In this document: piece after piece, positions 52,084-64,000 of the stretch
How positions within the stretch are numbered: the stretch's first letter is position 1
Layout: each line of letters opens with the position of its first letter
Assembly (NCBI RefSeq): GCF_006345805.1
Contig: NC_043005.1
Location: 71,486,001-71,550,000 of the forward strand
Source of the DNA: Octopus sinensis
Taxonomy: Eukaryota
Reading direction: 5' to 3'
DNA: 64,000 nucleotides
Notes under the pieces: model-generated
Told to the model about the DNA's origin: nothing
What the model saw: only the letters and a program-made list of their open reading frames with translations
Database searches by the model: none
Program-made: the position numbers and the translations under genes

Positions 52084-52501
52084 GATATAGATATATATAC
52101 ATACATACATACACATACACACATATATATGTATACACACACACACACACATATATATTAAATATATATATATATACCGTGTCTCTTGACAAATAAGATG
52201 ACCTTTCTTTTCCAAAAAACTGCCCCAGAAAATCATCTCACATACTATAATTTTGAGATCTATATTCCATTTTAATCTATATTACATTTTAATGCACTAA
52301 AACCTTTGTCTTTGAACATTCACTCCTCAAATTGGGGTACGTCTAATATACCTGTGCATCATTTAGGCTACCAAATATGGTACACACAAAAATATATACA
52401 TGTATCAGGTTACTGAAGACTTCAGTCACTCACCTTTCAACCTCGCACAATCCTCTAATTAGTAACATGTCTTAATCTTTCATCAACAAAGAACCTGGTG
52501 A

Positions 52502-52735
52502 GGGTGGTGAACTGGCAGAATCGTTAGCACACTGGGAGAAATGCTTACCAGTATTTCATCTGCCATTACATTCTGAGTACAAATTCTGCCAAGGTCAACT
52601 TTGCCTTTCATCATTTTGGGGTCGATTAAATAAGTGCCAGTCATGCATTGAGGTCTATGTAATCCACTTAATCCCTTTGTCTGTCCTTCTTTGATCCCCC
52701 CCCCATGTTTAGGCCCCTGTGGGCAATAAAGGAAT
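52502..52735 (+). mobile_element. SINE family B with 14-bp TSD
   Basis: aaagaacctggtga at 52488-52501 and 52736-52749. Confidence 0.9.
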
Positions 52736-53013
52736 AAAGAACCTGGTGAACAAGTATAAACCTTTGCATTGAAGACTTGTCTACCTCTCTAGTGTTGGTT
52801 GCATACATTCACCTCTTGCACACCCAATAACTTTATTTCTGCTAGGAAGGCCATCCACTCTTAGAAATTATACCAACACTAAAGCACAAGCAAACTGTGG
52901 CTCTCTGTCCCATGTATGTGAGCACACTTTTAACAATGGTGACACACACAGCATATGTCTTATATATAATGCATGTGTTTGCATACATTCATGTATAAAA
53001 TATATACATATGT

Positions 53014-53050
<37 letters not shown>

Positions 53051-53134
53051 CACATGTATATAGCTAGCATGTGTATGTATATGTGTGTGTGTTTATATAT
53101 ATATGTGTATATATGTATATATGTATATATATAT

Positions 53135-53166
<32 letters not shown>

Positions 53167-53370
53167 CCACACACACACACACAAAGTATGGGGGTTTAGT
53201 TCACAAGTGATCTAAACAATTAGGAATACTAGGTAAATGATGTAACAAATTACCAGGGGTCCATGGTTATAGCTGAGATGGTAGTTATGGAGCCATTACA
53301 GATTTCTGATGCAGTGGATATTTAATTGTTGTCCTCTTTATCAATTATATATATGTATAAATATATATAT

Positions 53371-53414
<44 letters not shown>

Positions 53415-53667
53415 AATTGCAACTAATTGGCTATCTTACTAAACAATTTTTGTTTCTTTTTTCGGTGATTTTCAGTGTGAGCCCTAATCTCTCACCATGA
53501 TCGACACCATCCCATTTCTGAATTTCACTCACAAAAATCCAGACCAGTTTTCCATTATGCAGACAAAAAAATAAACACCATAATATCATGATGTACTACT
53601 TTCTACTGCAGCAGTTCTACAGGTAGGATTTCTTCCAATGTTTATTTCCACACAGCATCAGAGTTAC

Positions 53668-53709
53668 TGCATATAGTTCAAGTTTTTCTGTAGTCTTCCA
53701 CCAACGAAG
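53668..53709 (-). CDS. Speculative 42-nt exon (LRWWKTTEKLELYA)
   Basis: Strong acceptor aattttttttctgcag, modest donor gtaact, phase 0-0; no homology recognised. Confidence 0.15.
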
Positions 53710-54040
53710 CTGCAGAAAAAAATTATATAAAATTAGAATTTAATTTTTTATCTTTAAAAGATTTATTCAAATCAATTTTCAAGCACGGACTCTGTCAAAA
53801 TGAAACTGATTTAAAATAGTAATAAAAGTAAATGAAAGAAATAGAAATCCCACAGGAAAATAAATAGAAAAATAAATATTGGCTGGTACTATATTTCACC
53901 AAATGCGAATATTGTCAGCAAACTTTGGTTTGTAATTTAATATTGCAAAGCACAGTAATAAATAATAATAATAATAATAACTGCTTGAAAGTTTGGCACA
54001 AGACCAGAAATTTTGAGGGTAGCTAATTAAAAAAACAAAT

Positions 54041-54136
54041 GCCCACGGGCTTATGGTGTAGTGGTTAAGAGCGCAGGCTACTAACCCCAAGATTCCGAGT
54101 TCGATTCCAAGCAGTGACCTGAACAATAACAATAGC

Positions 54137-54177
<41 letters not shown>

Positions 54178-54364
54178 TAATATCAAAAAATACCTTAGGA
54201 ATGAGAACCCAGGTTCGAAATTTCCCCAAGACACCTGAAGAAGACTGGAGGGTCTATCAGCTGAAACTTTGTGTTAACAACAAAAAAGATGAGGACAAAT
54301 ATCCATCGAAAGTAAATAATGTAAATAATGTACGCAATTCCTCATCTCTTAAATATAGAACTGT
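54041..54364 (+). mobile_element. Family D: tRNA-headed SINE-like element with (AAT)n spacer and hammerhead-bearing Penelope-like tail
   Basis: A box TGGTGTAGTGG (54054-54064), B box GAGTTCGATTCC (54097-54108), hammerhead 54230-54275. Confidence 0.7.
54230..54275 (+). ncRNA. Minimal type I hammerhead (degenerate copy)
   Basis: gacac-CTGAAGA-agactg..cagct-GAAA-CT-T-T-gtgtt; 5-bp stem I; helix III ACUU where ACGU would be palindromic. Confidence 0.65.
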
Positions 54365-54544
54365 GAAAAAACAAAGTTGACCCCTCTTCCACATGATGAC
54401 ATAAAGTACCAGTGAAGTACTAGTGTCAACGGCAACAACAAACACTACCCTCAAAATTTGTTTGCCTTGGGCCTCAATTGAAAACTATCATTATTATTAT
54501 TATTATTATATTATTATTATTATATTATTATTATTATATTATGA

Positions 54545-55445
54545 AAGTGGTGAGCTAGCAGAATCATTAGCATGTCAGACAAGCTGTTCGGTCATAAACC
54601 ATCAATTTCACATTGGGGCCGATGTAATCAATTAGACCCCATCCCACAAAATTTCAGACCATGTGCCCATAGTGGAAAGGATTATTTTTGGTTTGTCTCA
54701 GGTTCAGTCTTATTCCTGGAAGGGATTATGTGGATTAAGGTATCCACCAGTTTTCAGCAGTCTTTTAAATGTTTATTTAGGACCCTCCTGATAACCCTTG
54801 CTGTCTCTAAGAGACAAACTTTCCATAGGAGCTCTACCAGGCATTTCTATTTCAATCTCCCTCAGTCATTTGTCTAAATCTTGGCTGACCATTCCCAGGA
54901 CACCAATTATTATAGGCATGACCTTTACTGTTTGCAAGCTCCAAATTCCTCCTATTTCAAATTTTCGGGGACTGTATTTTTTTTTCTCTGCTTTTCTTCC
55001 TCTTTATTTACAGTAGTAATTGTAGCTGTAGTAGTATTAATTGTTATTAAATTGTTATAGTGTCTTGCAACATTTGGTCACAGTCTTTTGATTTTGATTT
55101 CAAATCCCACCAAAGTCAACTCTGCATTTCATTGCCCTGGGATCAATGGCATAAAGCACTAGTAAAGTACTAAAACCAACTGACTAACTTCCTTCCACAA
55201 TTCTCAAGCCTATGTTTGAATCAAATATTATTCTTGAAGGAGACAGACTGGCAGAAGCAGAAGCCCAAAATGCTTAGCAGCATTTTATCCATCTCTATGT
55301 TCTGTGTTCAAAATCTACCAAGATCACATTTGCTTGCCATCCTTTCATAGTTGATAAAATAAGTACCAGTTGAGTACTGGGGGTCAATATAATTGACTAG
55401 ACCTCACTTCCTCAAAATTTCAGACTTTGTACCTATAGCAGAAAG

Positions 55446-55492
<47 letters not shown>

Positions 55493-55523
55493 CATCATCA
55501 TTATTATTATTATTATTATTATT

Positions 55524-55555
<32 letters not shown>

Positions 55556-55617
55556 TATATTATTATTATATTATTATTATTATTATTATTATTATATTAT
55601 TATTATTATCATCATCA

Positions 55618-55656
<39 letters not shown>

Positions 55657-55775
55657 ATTATTAATTATTATTATTATTATTATTATTATCATCATCATCT
55701 TATTATTATTATTATTATTATTATTATCATCATCATCATTATTATTATTATTATTATTATTCATCATCATCATCA

Positions 55776-55852
<77 letters not shown>

Positions 55853-55960
55853 CATCATCATCATTATTATTATTATTATTATTATATCATCATCATCATT
55901 ATTATTATATATTATTATTATTATATTATATTATTATCATCATCATCATCATCATCATCA

Positions 55961-56044
<84 letters not shown>

Positions 56045-56259
56045 TATTATTATTATCATCATCATCATCATTATTATTAAGGTGGTGAGCTGACACAATT
56101 GTTAGCACGCCAGACAAAATGTTTTTTATGTCAATTTTGTCAATTTTGCCTTTCATCCTTTCAGGGTTGATAAAATAAATACCAGTTACACACTGGTGTC
56201 AATGTAATTGACTATACCCTCCCCCAAAATTCCAGGCCTTGTACCTATAGTAGAAAAGA

Positions 56260-56260
<1 letters not shown>
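54545..56260 (+). mobile_element. Three diverged family B-like SINEs (~54545-54690, ~55240-55450, 56078-56260)
   Basis: gtggtgagctggcagaa-like heads, cctttcatccttt..gataaaata core, tails running into (ATT)n. Confidence 0.7.
55450..56075. repeat. (ATT)/(ATC) microsatellite of about 620 bp
   Basis: Direct observation. Confidence 0.97.
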
Positions 56261-56318
<58 letters not shown>

Positions 56319-56684
56319 TCAGACACATATCAGCAATGCTAAAAGAAGAATGGGTTAATTCTATCAACCCAAGTACTTGATTGGTACTTTATTTGTCAAC
56401 TGCAGAAGGAGAAAAAGCAAAGTTAATCTCCATGGGATTTGAACTTGCAATGTCTCACTTAGGCTTAACCACACAGAATTTTGGTAATGAATTATATTTG
56501 TTTTAAACCAACATTCAGAATTTCAATAGTACTTCAATTAATTATCAAAAAAAAATGAAATGTAAGTTTGACCTCAAATGTGTTTGAACTTTCAATGTAA
56601 AGGAAAGTCTCCATGGAATTTTAATTTTTTTTTTATGTATATTGACCAAAGGTAATAAATATGCAGAGAAAGAGTTTAGGCAAT

Positions 56685-56848
56685 TAGGTGCAGGTGTGGC
56701 TGTGTGATAAGAAGCTTGATTCCCAACCACAGGGTTCTTGGTTCAGTCCCACCACATGACACCTTGAGTGAGTGCTTACTGTTATAACCTTGGACCAACC
56801 AAAGCTTCATGAGTTGATTTGGTAGATAGAAACAGAAAGAAGCCCATC

Positions 56849-56927
<79 letters not shown>

Positions 56928-56948
56928 ATATATATGTATGTGTATATA

Positions 56949-56981
<33 letters not shown>

Positions 56982-57210
56982 CTCTGTGTTTGATTTTGTC
57001 CCCAACAACCACTTGACAACTGGTGTTGGTGTATTTACGTCCCCATAACTTAGCAGTTCAGCAAAAAAGATCAACAGAATAAGTACTGGGCTTTAAAAAA
57101 TAAAAAAAAAGTATTAGGTTTGATTCGTTCAACGAAAGCATTCTTGGAGGTGGTGCCCCAGCATGGCCAGTCTGATGACAGAAACAAATAAAAGAAAAAT
57201 ATAAAAAAGT
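56685..57210 (+). mobile_element. SINE family A
   Basis: Full length with long (TA)n. Confidence 0.88.
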
Positions 57211-57471
57211 AAAAGAAATTAGATTCACTGCTACACATTAGAGGTGTGTGGTCTACTGACCCTGGAAGGATAAACAGCTAAAATGACCTTGACAAGATTT
57301 GAACACCAAAGGGACATAACTAAATAGTGCTTAGTAGTTCTGCTTCCACCCTGGTGTATTTCAATAATGCTTTATGTCAGCAATTCCTTCACCTTAAAGA
57401 ACAATAATAATAATTATTATAATAATAATAACAATAATAATGATAATAATAATAATAATATTAATAATAAA

Positions 57472-58145
57472 TTTCTTTATTAGCCACAAAGGATCTGAGA
57501 CAATAAGAGATCTAGAGAGAACAGGGCAGCACAATGTGAGTTTACAGAAAAACATGTGAAAATAAAATAAGAAATGTTTGAGGTGACAAAAATACTGAAG
57601 AAAAGGGAAAAGGACCCCAATAATGAGGATTGCTACTACTCATGATTAATACATTAACCTCCACCTGCCCGCCAGTCTTATAACCGATCTTAGATTTTAT
57701 CTTAACATGTAAGTTTAAACAGAAATTGTGAAACAGTTACATGTAAATATGAGATATTGTGTTCAAATTTAGGCAAATTAATGAAGTGTAGTAATTATAT
57801 TGTTATAACTGAGAATGTATAATCTGACTGTGATTGTAGCATTCCACTGTGGCCATAAGAAAGTTGATGAGGGTTCTCTAACTGACAAAGTTTATTATTT
57901 ACTTTACAGTTAAATTATCAACCTAATAGACCTGGAGAAGAATGATTCTTGGCAATGAGGTAGAGAGCAGGGTATGTAGTTGATGGGTCCCTGAGTAAAA
58001 TTCTCTAGCCTTTGAGTTCGACCGACATAGGTGAGAAAATATAAACCCCAAAAAGGAATTCTGTGAACATTGTTAGGGAAACATTGGACAAATGTTGGAA
58101 TAGCCAGTGGTCTGATCACCTCTGTGACATCTTCGTCCAATAACA
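57472..58145 (-). mobile_element. LINE-like 3' fragment sharing its terminus with 35996-36525
   Basis: Begins tttctttattagccaca, identical for 17 nt; abuts (AAT)n. Confidence 0.4.
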
Positions 58146-58539
58146 CAAAATGAGAAAAAAGCGATAATAACTATGTAACTATAGAAATATTTAAGGACCA
58201 TCATCATTATCACAATCATTATCGTCATCATCATCATTTTATATTTTTTCATGTTGGTATGATGTTGTCATTGCTGTAGTTGTTTTTGTTGTTATTTGAC
58301 CCCAGGTCAACTCTCATCAAGCAAGTTTATGATTAAGAATATGTTACTTCTTACTGTTTTTTTCTTTTCAGGGTCCTTCCCAGGGCTAAAATATCCGATA
58401 AGATTTTGTTTAAAGTGAGTATAATTTGACAGAAATTTTGGTAGATTTTTCTAAAAAACTCAATGACATATAAAGACACTTTTTAATTTTGGAATGACAA
58501 AAAATTGTTAATATATTAGAAATAAATAAAACAAAATAA

Positions 58540-58706
58540 AAATATTTTGCACTTAATGTTGGTGGTGGTGGTGGTGGTGGTGGTGGTGGAGGATGAGGTA
58601 AACTGCAGTGTGATGGTGTTGTAAAGACTAATGCTTGCTGGTAATATAAGTAAAATAGGTTCCATGCTAAGGAAGGTAAGGTCACAAAATAATAATAATA
58701 ATAATA

Positions 58707-58744
<38 letters not shown>

Positions 58745-58747
58745 GTG

Positions 58748-58802
<55 letters not shown>

Positions 58803-59367
58803 TAATAATAATGATAATAATAATGATAATAATAATAAATGGTGATGATGATGATGATAAAGACATAACATGAAAGAGAATGTAAGCAACCATATGTGGT
58901 TTTAAGGTGATGCTAGTTTGGTAGTGTTTGGTGATGGCATTATTACGAGTAAAATGGTGAAAATGGTATAGAGTGCTGCCGTTAGCTGCTATCAACATCA
59001 ACAGTGAGAAAAAGAGAGAAAGAAGGAAAGTGAAAGTGAGAGAGCGAGAGAGAGAAGTAGAAAAAAAAAAAGAGAAATACTGGAAAGAAAATGCCAAGCA
59101 ATCTTCATTACAGACATCCATCTTCATACTGGCTTCATTACTATGGCGGCTACAACAGTCTGTTAGCCTGCAACAAGGAAATTCTGCTACTAGCTGCCTT
59201 AATTTCTGCTGCTGACTGCTTTTGCTAACTGCTACTGCCACCAACAGTGTTAGCTGTGCAGAGAGAGAGACGATGATGTGTTGCTGTCGTTGTTGCTGTT
59301 GTTGTTGTTGTTGTTGTGGAATGGTTATTGTTGTTGTTATTTGTATTACCAATACTGTAGTTCAACC

Positions 59368-59411
<44 letters not shown>

Positions 59412-59936
59412 GTAATAATGACGATGATGATGATAATAATCATTTTTCAATTCATCATAAACATTATCGTCTACCTCATCATCATCATCATCATCACCAT
59501 CATTATCATCATCATCGTCATCATCATCATATGCTTCACCTTAGCATAAGAAGCACCATCCTCTCTATCAGCAGCACCAATTCCATTACTACTACTACTA
59601 CTACTAATACTACTACTATCATTGCTGCTGCTGCTACTACCGCAGTTGCAACTACTACTACTACTACCACTACAACTACAACTACTACTACAGCTGCTGC
59701 TTCTACAACAACAACTACTACTACTACTACTGCTACTACTACTACTACTAGCATTATTGTTTTTACTACTACAACAACTGCTGTTGTTGCTGCTGCTGTG
59801 CCCAATAGTGGTGATGATGATGATGATGATGTATAAAAGTGACAATGATGATGATAATGGTGATGATGCGGAGAGAACTGATAACATAGATATTAAATAA
59901 GATGAAAATAGTGATGATGATGATGATGATAATAAT

Positions 59937-59967
<31 letters not shown>

Positions 59968-60130
59968 GCCATCGTTATCATCATCGTCATTATCATCATG
60001 ATTGTAATGAGGATGACGACGGTGGTGGTGATGACGACAATGTTGATGATGCTGATGGTTGCAATGACGGAAGTGAAAGCAACAGAGAAGGCAGCAGCAA
60101 CAGCAGCAATGAACGTGCAAAACAAATGAT
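58540..60130. repeat. Mixed triplet microsatellite complex (GGT, AAT, GTT, CAT, TAC, GAT)
   Basis: Direct observation. Confidence 0.95.
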
Positions 60131-60257
60131 GCTGATGATGGTGGTGATGCTGGAGATGATGATGAATGCGATGGGCTGTCTTTGATGCCAATATCACAGC
60201 TTATCACACTGCCATATAGATACGCATATACATACAATTATATATATATATATATAC

Positions 60258-60311
<54 letters not shown>

Positions 60312-60648
60312 ATATACATATATACATATAGATACATATATATATGCGTATGTATGTATGTATGTATGTATGTATGTATGTATGTATATGGCTAGTTTCT
60401 GCCTTTCTACGTTGGGTGGACACATGTATTAGTTATTAAAAAAAATAACAGACCAAAAATCTAAATAAAAACATAGAAATATAGATTACTATTTTGTCAA
60501 ACCAAGTGCAAATGAAAGTTTGAAGAGCGGTGCCATTTCCCGAAATTAGTGACAAGATGAATCTGAGTTATCGGAAGAAATACCGCTACACTGCTATCTT
60601 AAGTCAGTTCCATTCCATTTTCTCTTGCAACTATGCCACTAATCTTAC

Positions 60649-60732
60649 CGAGGCTACTGATTCATCTTCATCCTCCTCGTCTTCCTCTTCGTTTTCTCCT
60701 TTTTCTTCTTTCTTTTCGGTGTTTTTCCTCAT
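60649..60732 (-). CDS. Candidate first coding exon (MRKNTEKKEEKGENEEEDEEDEDESVAS)
   Basis: ATG, 28 open codons, donor G|GTAAGA, locally CpG-rich; no homology recognised. Confidence 0.3.
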
Positions 60733-60848
60733 CTCCACGGTTGTTTTCGGTTAATGCTTCACTGTCGGGGATAATGTACAGGCTGCAAAAGCTCAGGAGA
60801 TACTGACAGACAGACCTAGTGTGAGAGAGGAGAAAAAGGAAAACACAG

Positions 60849-60884
<36 letters not shown>

Positions 60885-61051
60885 GTATATATATACGCAC
60901 ATATATATATATATATATATATGTATGTGCATAGAGAGAGAGAAAGAGAAATAGAAAGGAAATATAGATAGTGAAACAGAAAGAGGAAGTAAGATTAGGT
61001 AATTGTGATTCTGTGTGTTTGTGTATGTATGTAAAAGAGTGAGAGATTGAC

Positions 61052-61089
<38 letters not shown>

Positions 61090-62235
61090 GGGGAGAAGGC
61101 AGGAGTGTGTAGTGTTAAACAGGAGAGCTAGAGTAAAAGAAAAAAAAATAGGTGCTTGTAAAAGAGAGGGAGAGAGAGGAAAATGAAAGATAGTCAAAGA
61201 AGACAAGAGGAATATATATAAATTTTGTTGGAGGAGAGAGAAAGAGAGGGAGAGAGGGAGAGAGAGAGAAGGAGAGTGAGTGAGTGAGAGAGAGAGAGCA
61301 GAGACAGAAAGGAAAGGAGGAAGAGTTTAAAAATTACCCCTACAGAAAAAGGATAAAAAAGGCCCACACACACCTCCCCTACAAAATGTGGGGGGGTGAA
61401 CTTATTAAGAGGAAGGTAAGAAAAATGAAACTATACAGCTGAAGGCACACGTAAGCTTAGTAAAATAGTAGAAAGCATAAATGTATACATACATTTAGGT
61501 ACATGTATATACATACATATACCCAAACACATATATAGGTATATAATAGTATAGATAAATATATATATATACATTAATTTCTTAAAACATATTTCTGTTC
61601 ATTTATATATAAATATATAAATATATATATAATTTACAAATTCAATTATTTATGTATATTAAAAGTGTATGTGTATATAGATAGATATCTCAATATTATA
61701 CATAGATTGATTGACAGATAGATAAATAGGTACTTATATATACCAATAAATATATAGTACATTCACACAACAATAGGTATATATACAACCTAGTAGATAT
61801 ATATATATATATACATGCATATGTACATATATGTATATTTGTATATTTAGGGAACAGCTCTTCCTTTAAACGTGTTTTATTGAAGACAAGGCTGTTTATA
61901 TACATTTGTATGTGTGCATGCATGTATGCATGTAAGTGTATATATACATGTGTAAGTGTAACTTATGAACATATGTACATATTGGTTAGTACATGTAGTA
62001 GAACAACTCAATCTCAAAACAAATGAAGTGAGCTAATAGGCAAATACATAGGAATACGGATAATTTTTTTTTTTTACCTACAAATTCTTGGCAGGCATTG
62101 TTCCTGTTAAATTCTTCATCTCCATTCAACTTTTTTTACCACATTAGTATCATTATTAATATTATTACCTCCAGAATAATCTTCACCCCTTGTTGATCCT
62201 TCTCTATAACACATTTTTTTTTTTTTCTCTCTCAC

Positions 62236-62340
62236 AATCTTTCTCCATCATCTTTTCTTCTTCGTGATCATGGGTTTTGTACAGCAGACTGTCAACAGGC
62301 TTTCGTTCAACACAACACAATTTTACTTCCACTTCAAAGA
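62236..62340 (-). other. Speculative 105-nt exon
   Basis: Polypyrimidine acceptor gctgttctccag, donor gtgaga, open phase 1-1 frame. Confidence 0.15.
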
Positions 62341-64000
62341 CTGGAGAACAGCAAATAGCGAAATATGAAATTTTATAGAATCTGCCTCATTCTAAGATAT
62401 TACCACATGGAATTTTCTTCCTCATTTCTCAGTCGGAAATACTGGAATGGATGTTAATTAAGTGAACAAAAATTTCAACCAACGCTTTTCAATTTTATTT
62501 TATTTTTTTTATATCTGTGAGTCTTCATCCTTACTTGAATAACACATTGAAGGATATATATATATAAAAAAAAAATTATACATACATATACCTGTATATA
62601 TATATATTTATATATATATGTATATACACACATGCGCGTATACATAAAACAAAAAATAATCAACAGCAAAACGTGAAAACATAACACAAAACAATGCAAG
62701 ATATATAAAATACAAATATAAATACATACATTTATTTCTGTGAGTATATATATATATATACACACATATATATACACACACACTTACATAGAGAAATACT
62801 CACACACATGCACATACATACACATATACACATGCACACACCACTTCTTACCTTCTAATAGTGCACTGCTGTTTAAGATTTTGTTCTTTTTGTTTGAGAA
62901 AAAACAATTCTACAATTACCAGGTAAATTCTTTTTCTACTTCTTCTGCCTCTTCTTGTTCTTGTTCTTGTTCTACTCGTTCTTCTTCCCTTTCTTCCTAT
63001 TACACTCACATGTTAAATTAATTGCCCCATCCCCAGCCACACTCACCCCACCCCCACGCCACCGCCGCCGCCACCCACTCCCCGCCCCCACCCCCCACGC
63101 TTCTCTATCCCACATCAGATCAGTTATGTTCTCTTCTTTATATCCTTATTCTCTATAAACGAAAATCACACACACACCCCTATCACCACCCCCTACCACC
63201 ACGCCGCCGCCACCACCACCACCACCACCGCCACCACCGCCAACACCTCCACCGCCATACTTTTACTTCCCACCATCCCTGCATTCCACACCAAAAATTT
63301 AAAAAAACACACATTGCCACATTCACTACCCCTGCACTCTTCCCTCACCACCACCACCACCGCTACCACCGCCATCATACCACCACAACCAACAACAACA
63401 ACTACACTTCCTGGAATAGAAAAAAAAAAATTAAAAAATAAATAAAGAAATAAAAATTCGTGGGGGGTGTTTCTCGTGTGTATGTGCGTGTGTGTGCAAC
63501 GTTATTCCTACATTTTCTCTCTCCCGTTTTATATGTGTATGTGCGTGCATGTGCGTGTATGTTTGCGTGAGTGTAACACCACAGATATAAACAATACATA
63601 GAAATAGCACACACAACAGCAACAACAACAACAACAACTACAACCACACAAATTTCTTTTATTTTTTTCTTTTATTTTTTTTTTTTTATATATTCTACAA
63701 AATACCAACTGAAGAAATAATACCTCGACGAAACTGGATTTATGGTCTAAAAATACCAGAAGACAAGGCGGAGTTCACGAAATTAACAAATAATTATATA
63801 TATATATATATATATGTGTATATATATACATATATATATACCAACAAGGAAAAAAAAATAACAACAAAGAGCAACAACAATGGAAATTAACACGGTGTAT
63901 CTAAAATAATAATAATAAAAATAATAATAATAATATTGCTGATAATAATAATCCACCAAGCATGAATGAAGAGGAAGGAATTTGAATTTCTACCATCATT

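Noticed and set aside
55393-56088. 231-aa Leu/Ile ORF
   Set aside because: (ATT)n microsatellite artefact
58410-60237. Poly-Q, poly-H and poly-I ORFs suggesting a transcription factor
   Set aside because: Triplet-repeat mosaics with no recognisable domain or consistent splice structure
63725-63760. CTGAAGA...GAAAC hammerhead-like spacing
   Set aside because: No stem II pairing and no UH plus stem I in register

Overview
AT-rich, repeat-saturated animal non-coding DNA. The SINE families resemble the tRNA-derived octopus SINEs as I recall them, so the source is probably an Octopus genome (inference). I find no confidently recognisable host protein-coding gene, and nearly all ORF-track entries are microsatellite artefacts. 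The window holds about 20 copies or fragments of one tRNA-headed SINE (family A), about 10 of a second (B), single copies of others, RTE LINE fragments and their 3' tails, decayed Penelope-like (RT and GIY-YIG) elements, a Ty3/Gypsy RT-RNaseH remnant, a zinc-knuckle LINE ORF1, TTAA MITEs, a mariner end and a U6 pseudogene fused to a SINE tail. The main result is a set of at least five unrelated short repeat families carrying hammerhead-ribozyme cores. They show three different base pairs at the 3-8 core position (C-G, U-A, G-C). One sits behind a tRNA-type Pol III head. One (1063-1139) has its three strands in reversed order, which fits none of the type I/II/III permutations. All folds were read by eye and none is experimentally tested. 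Repeat boundaries are approximate.
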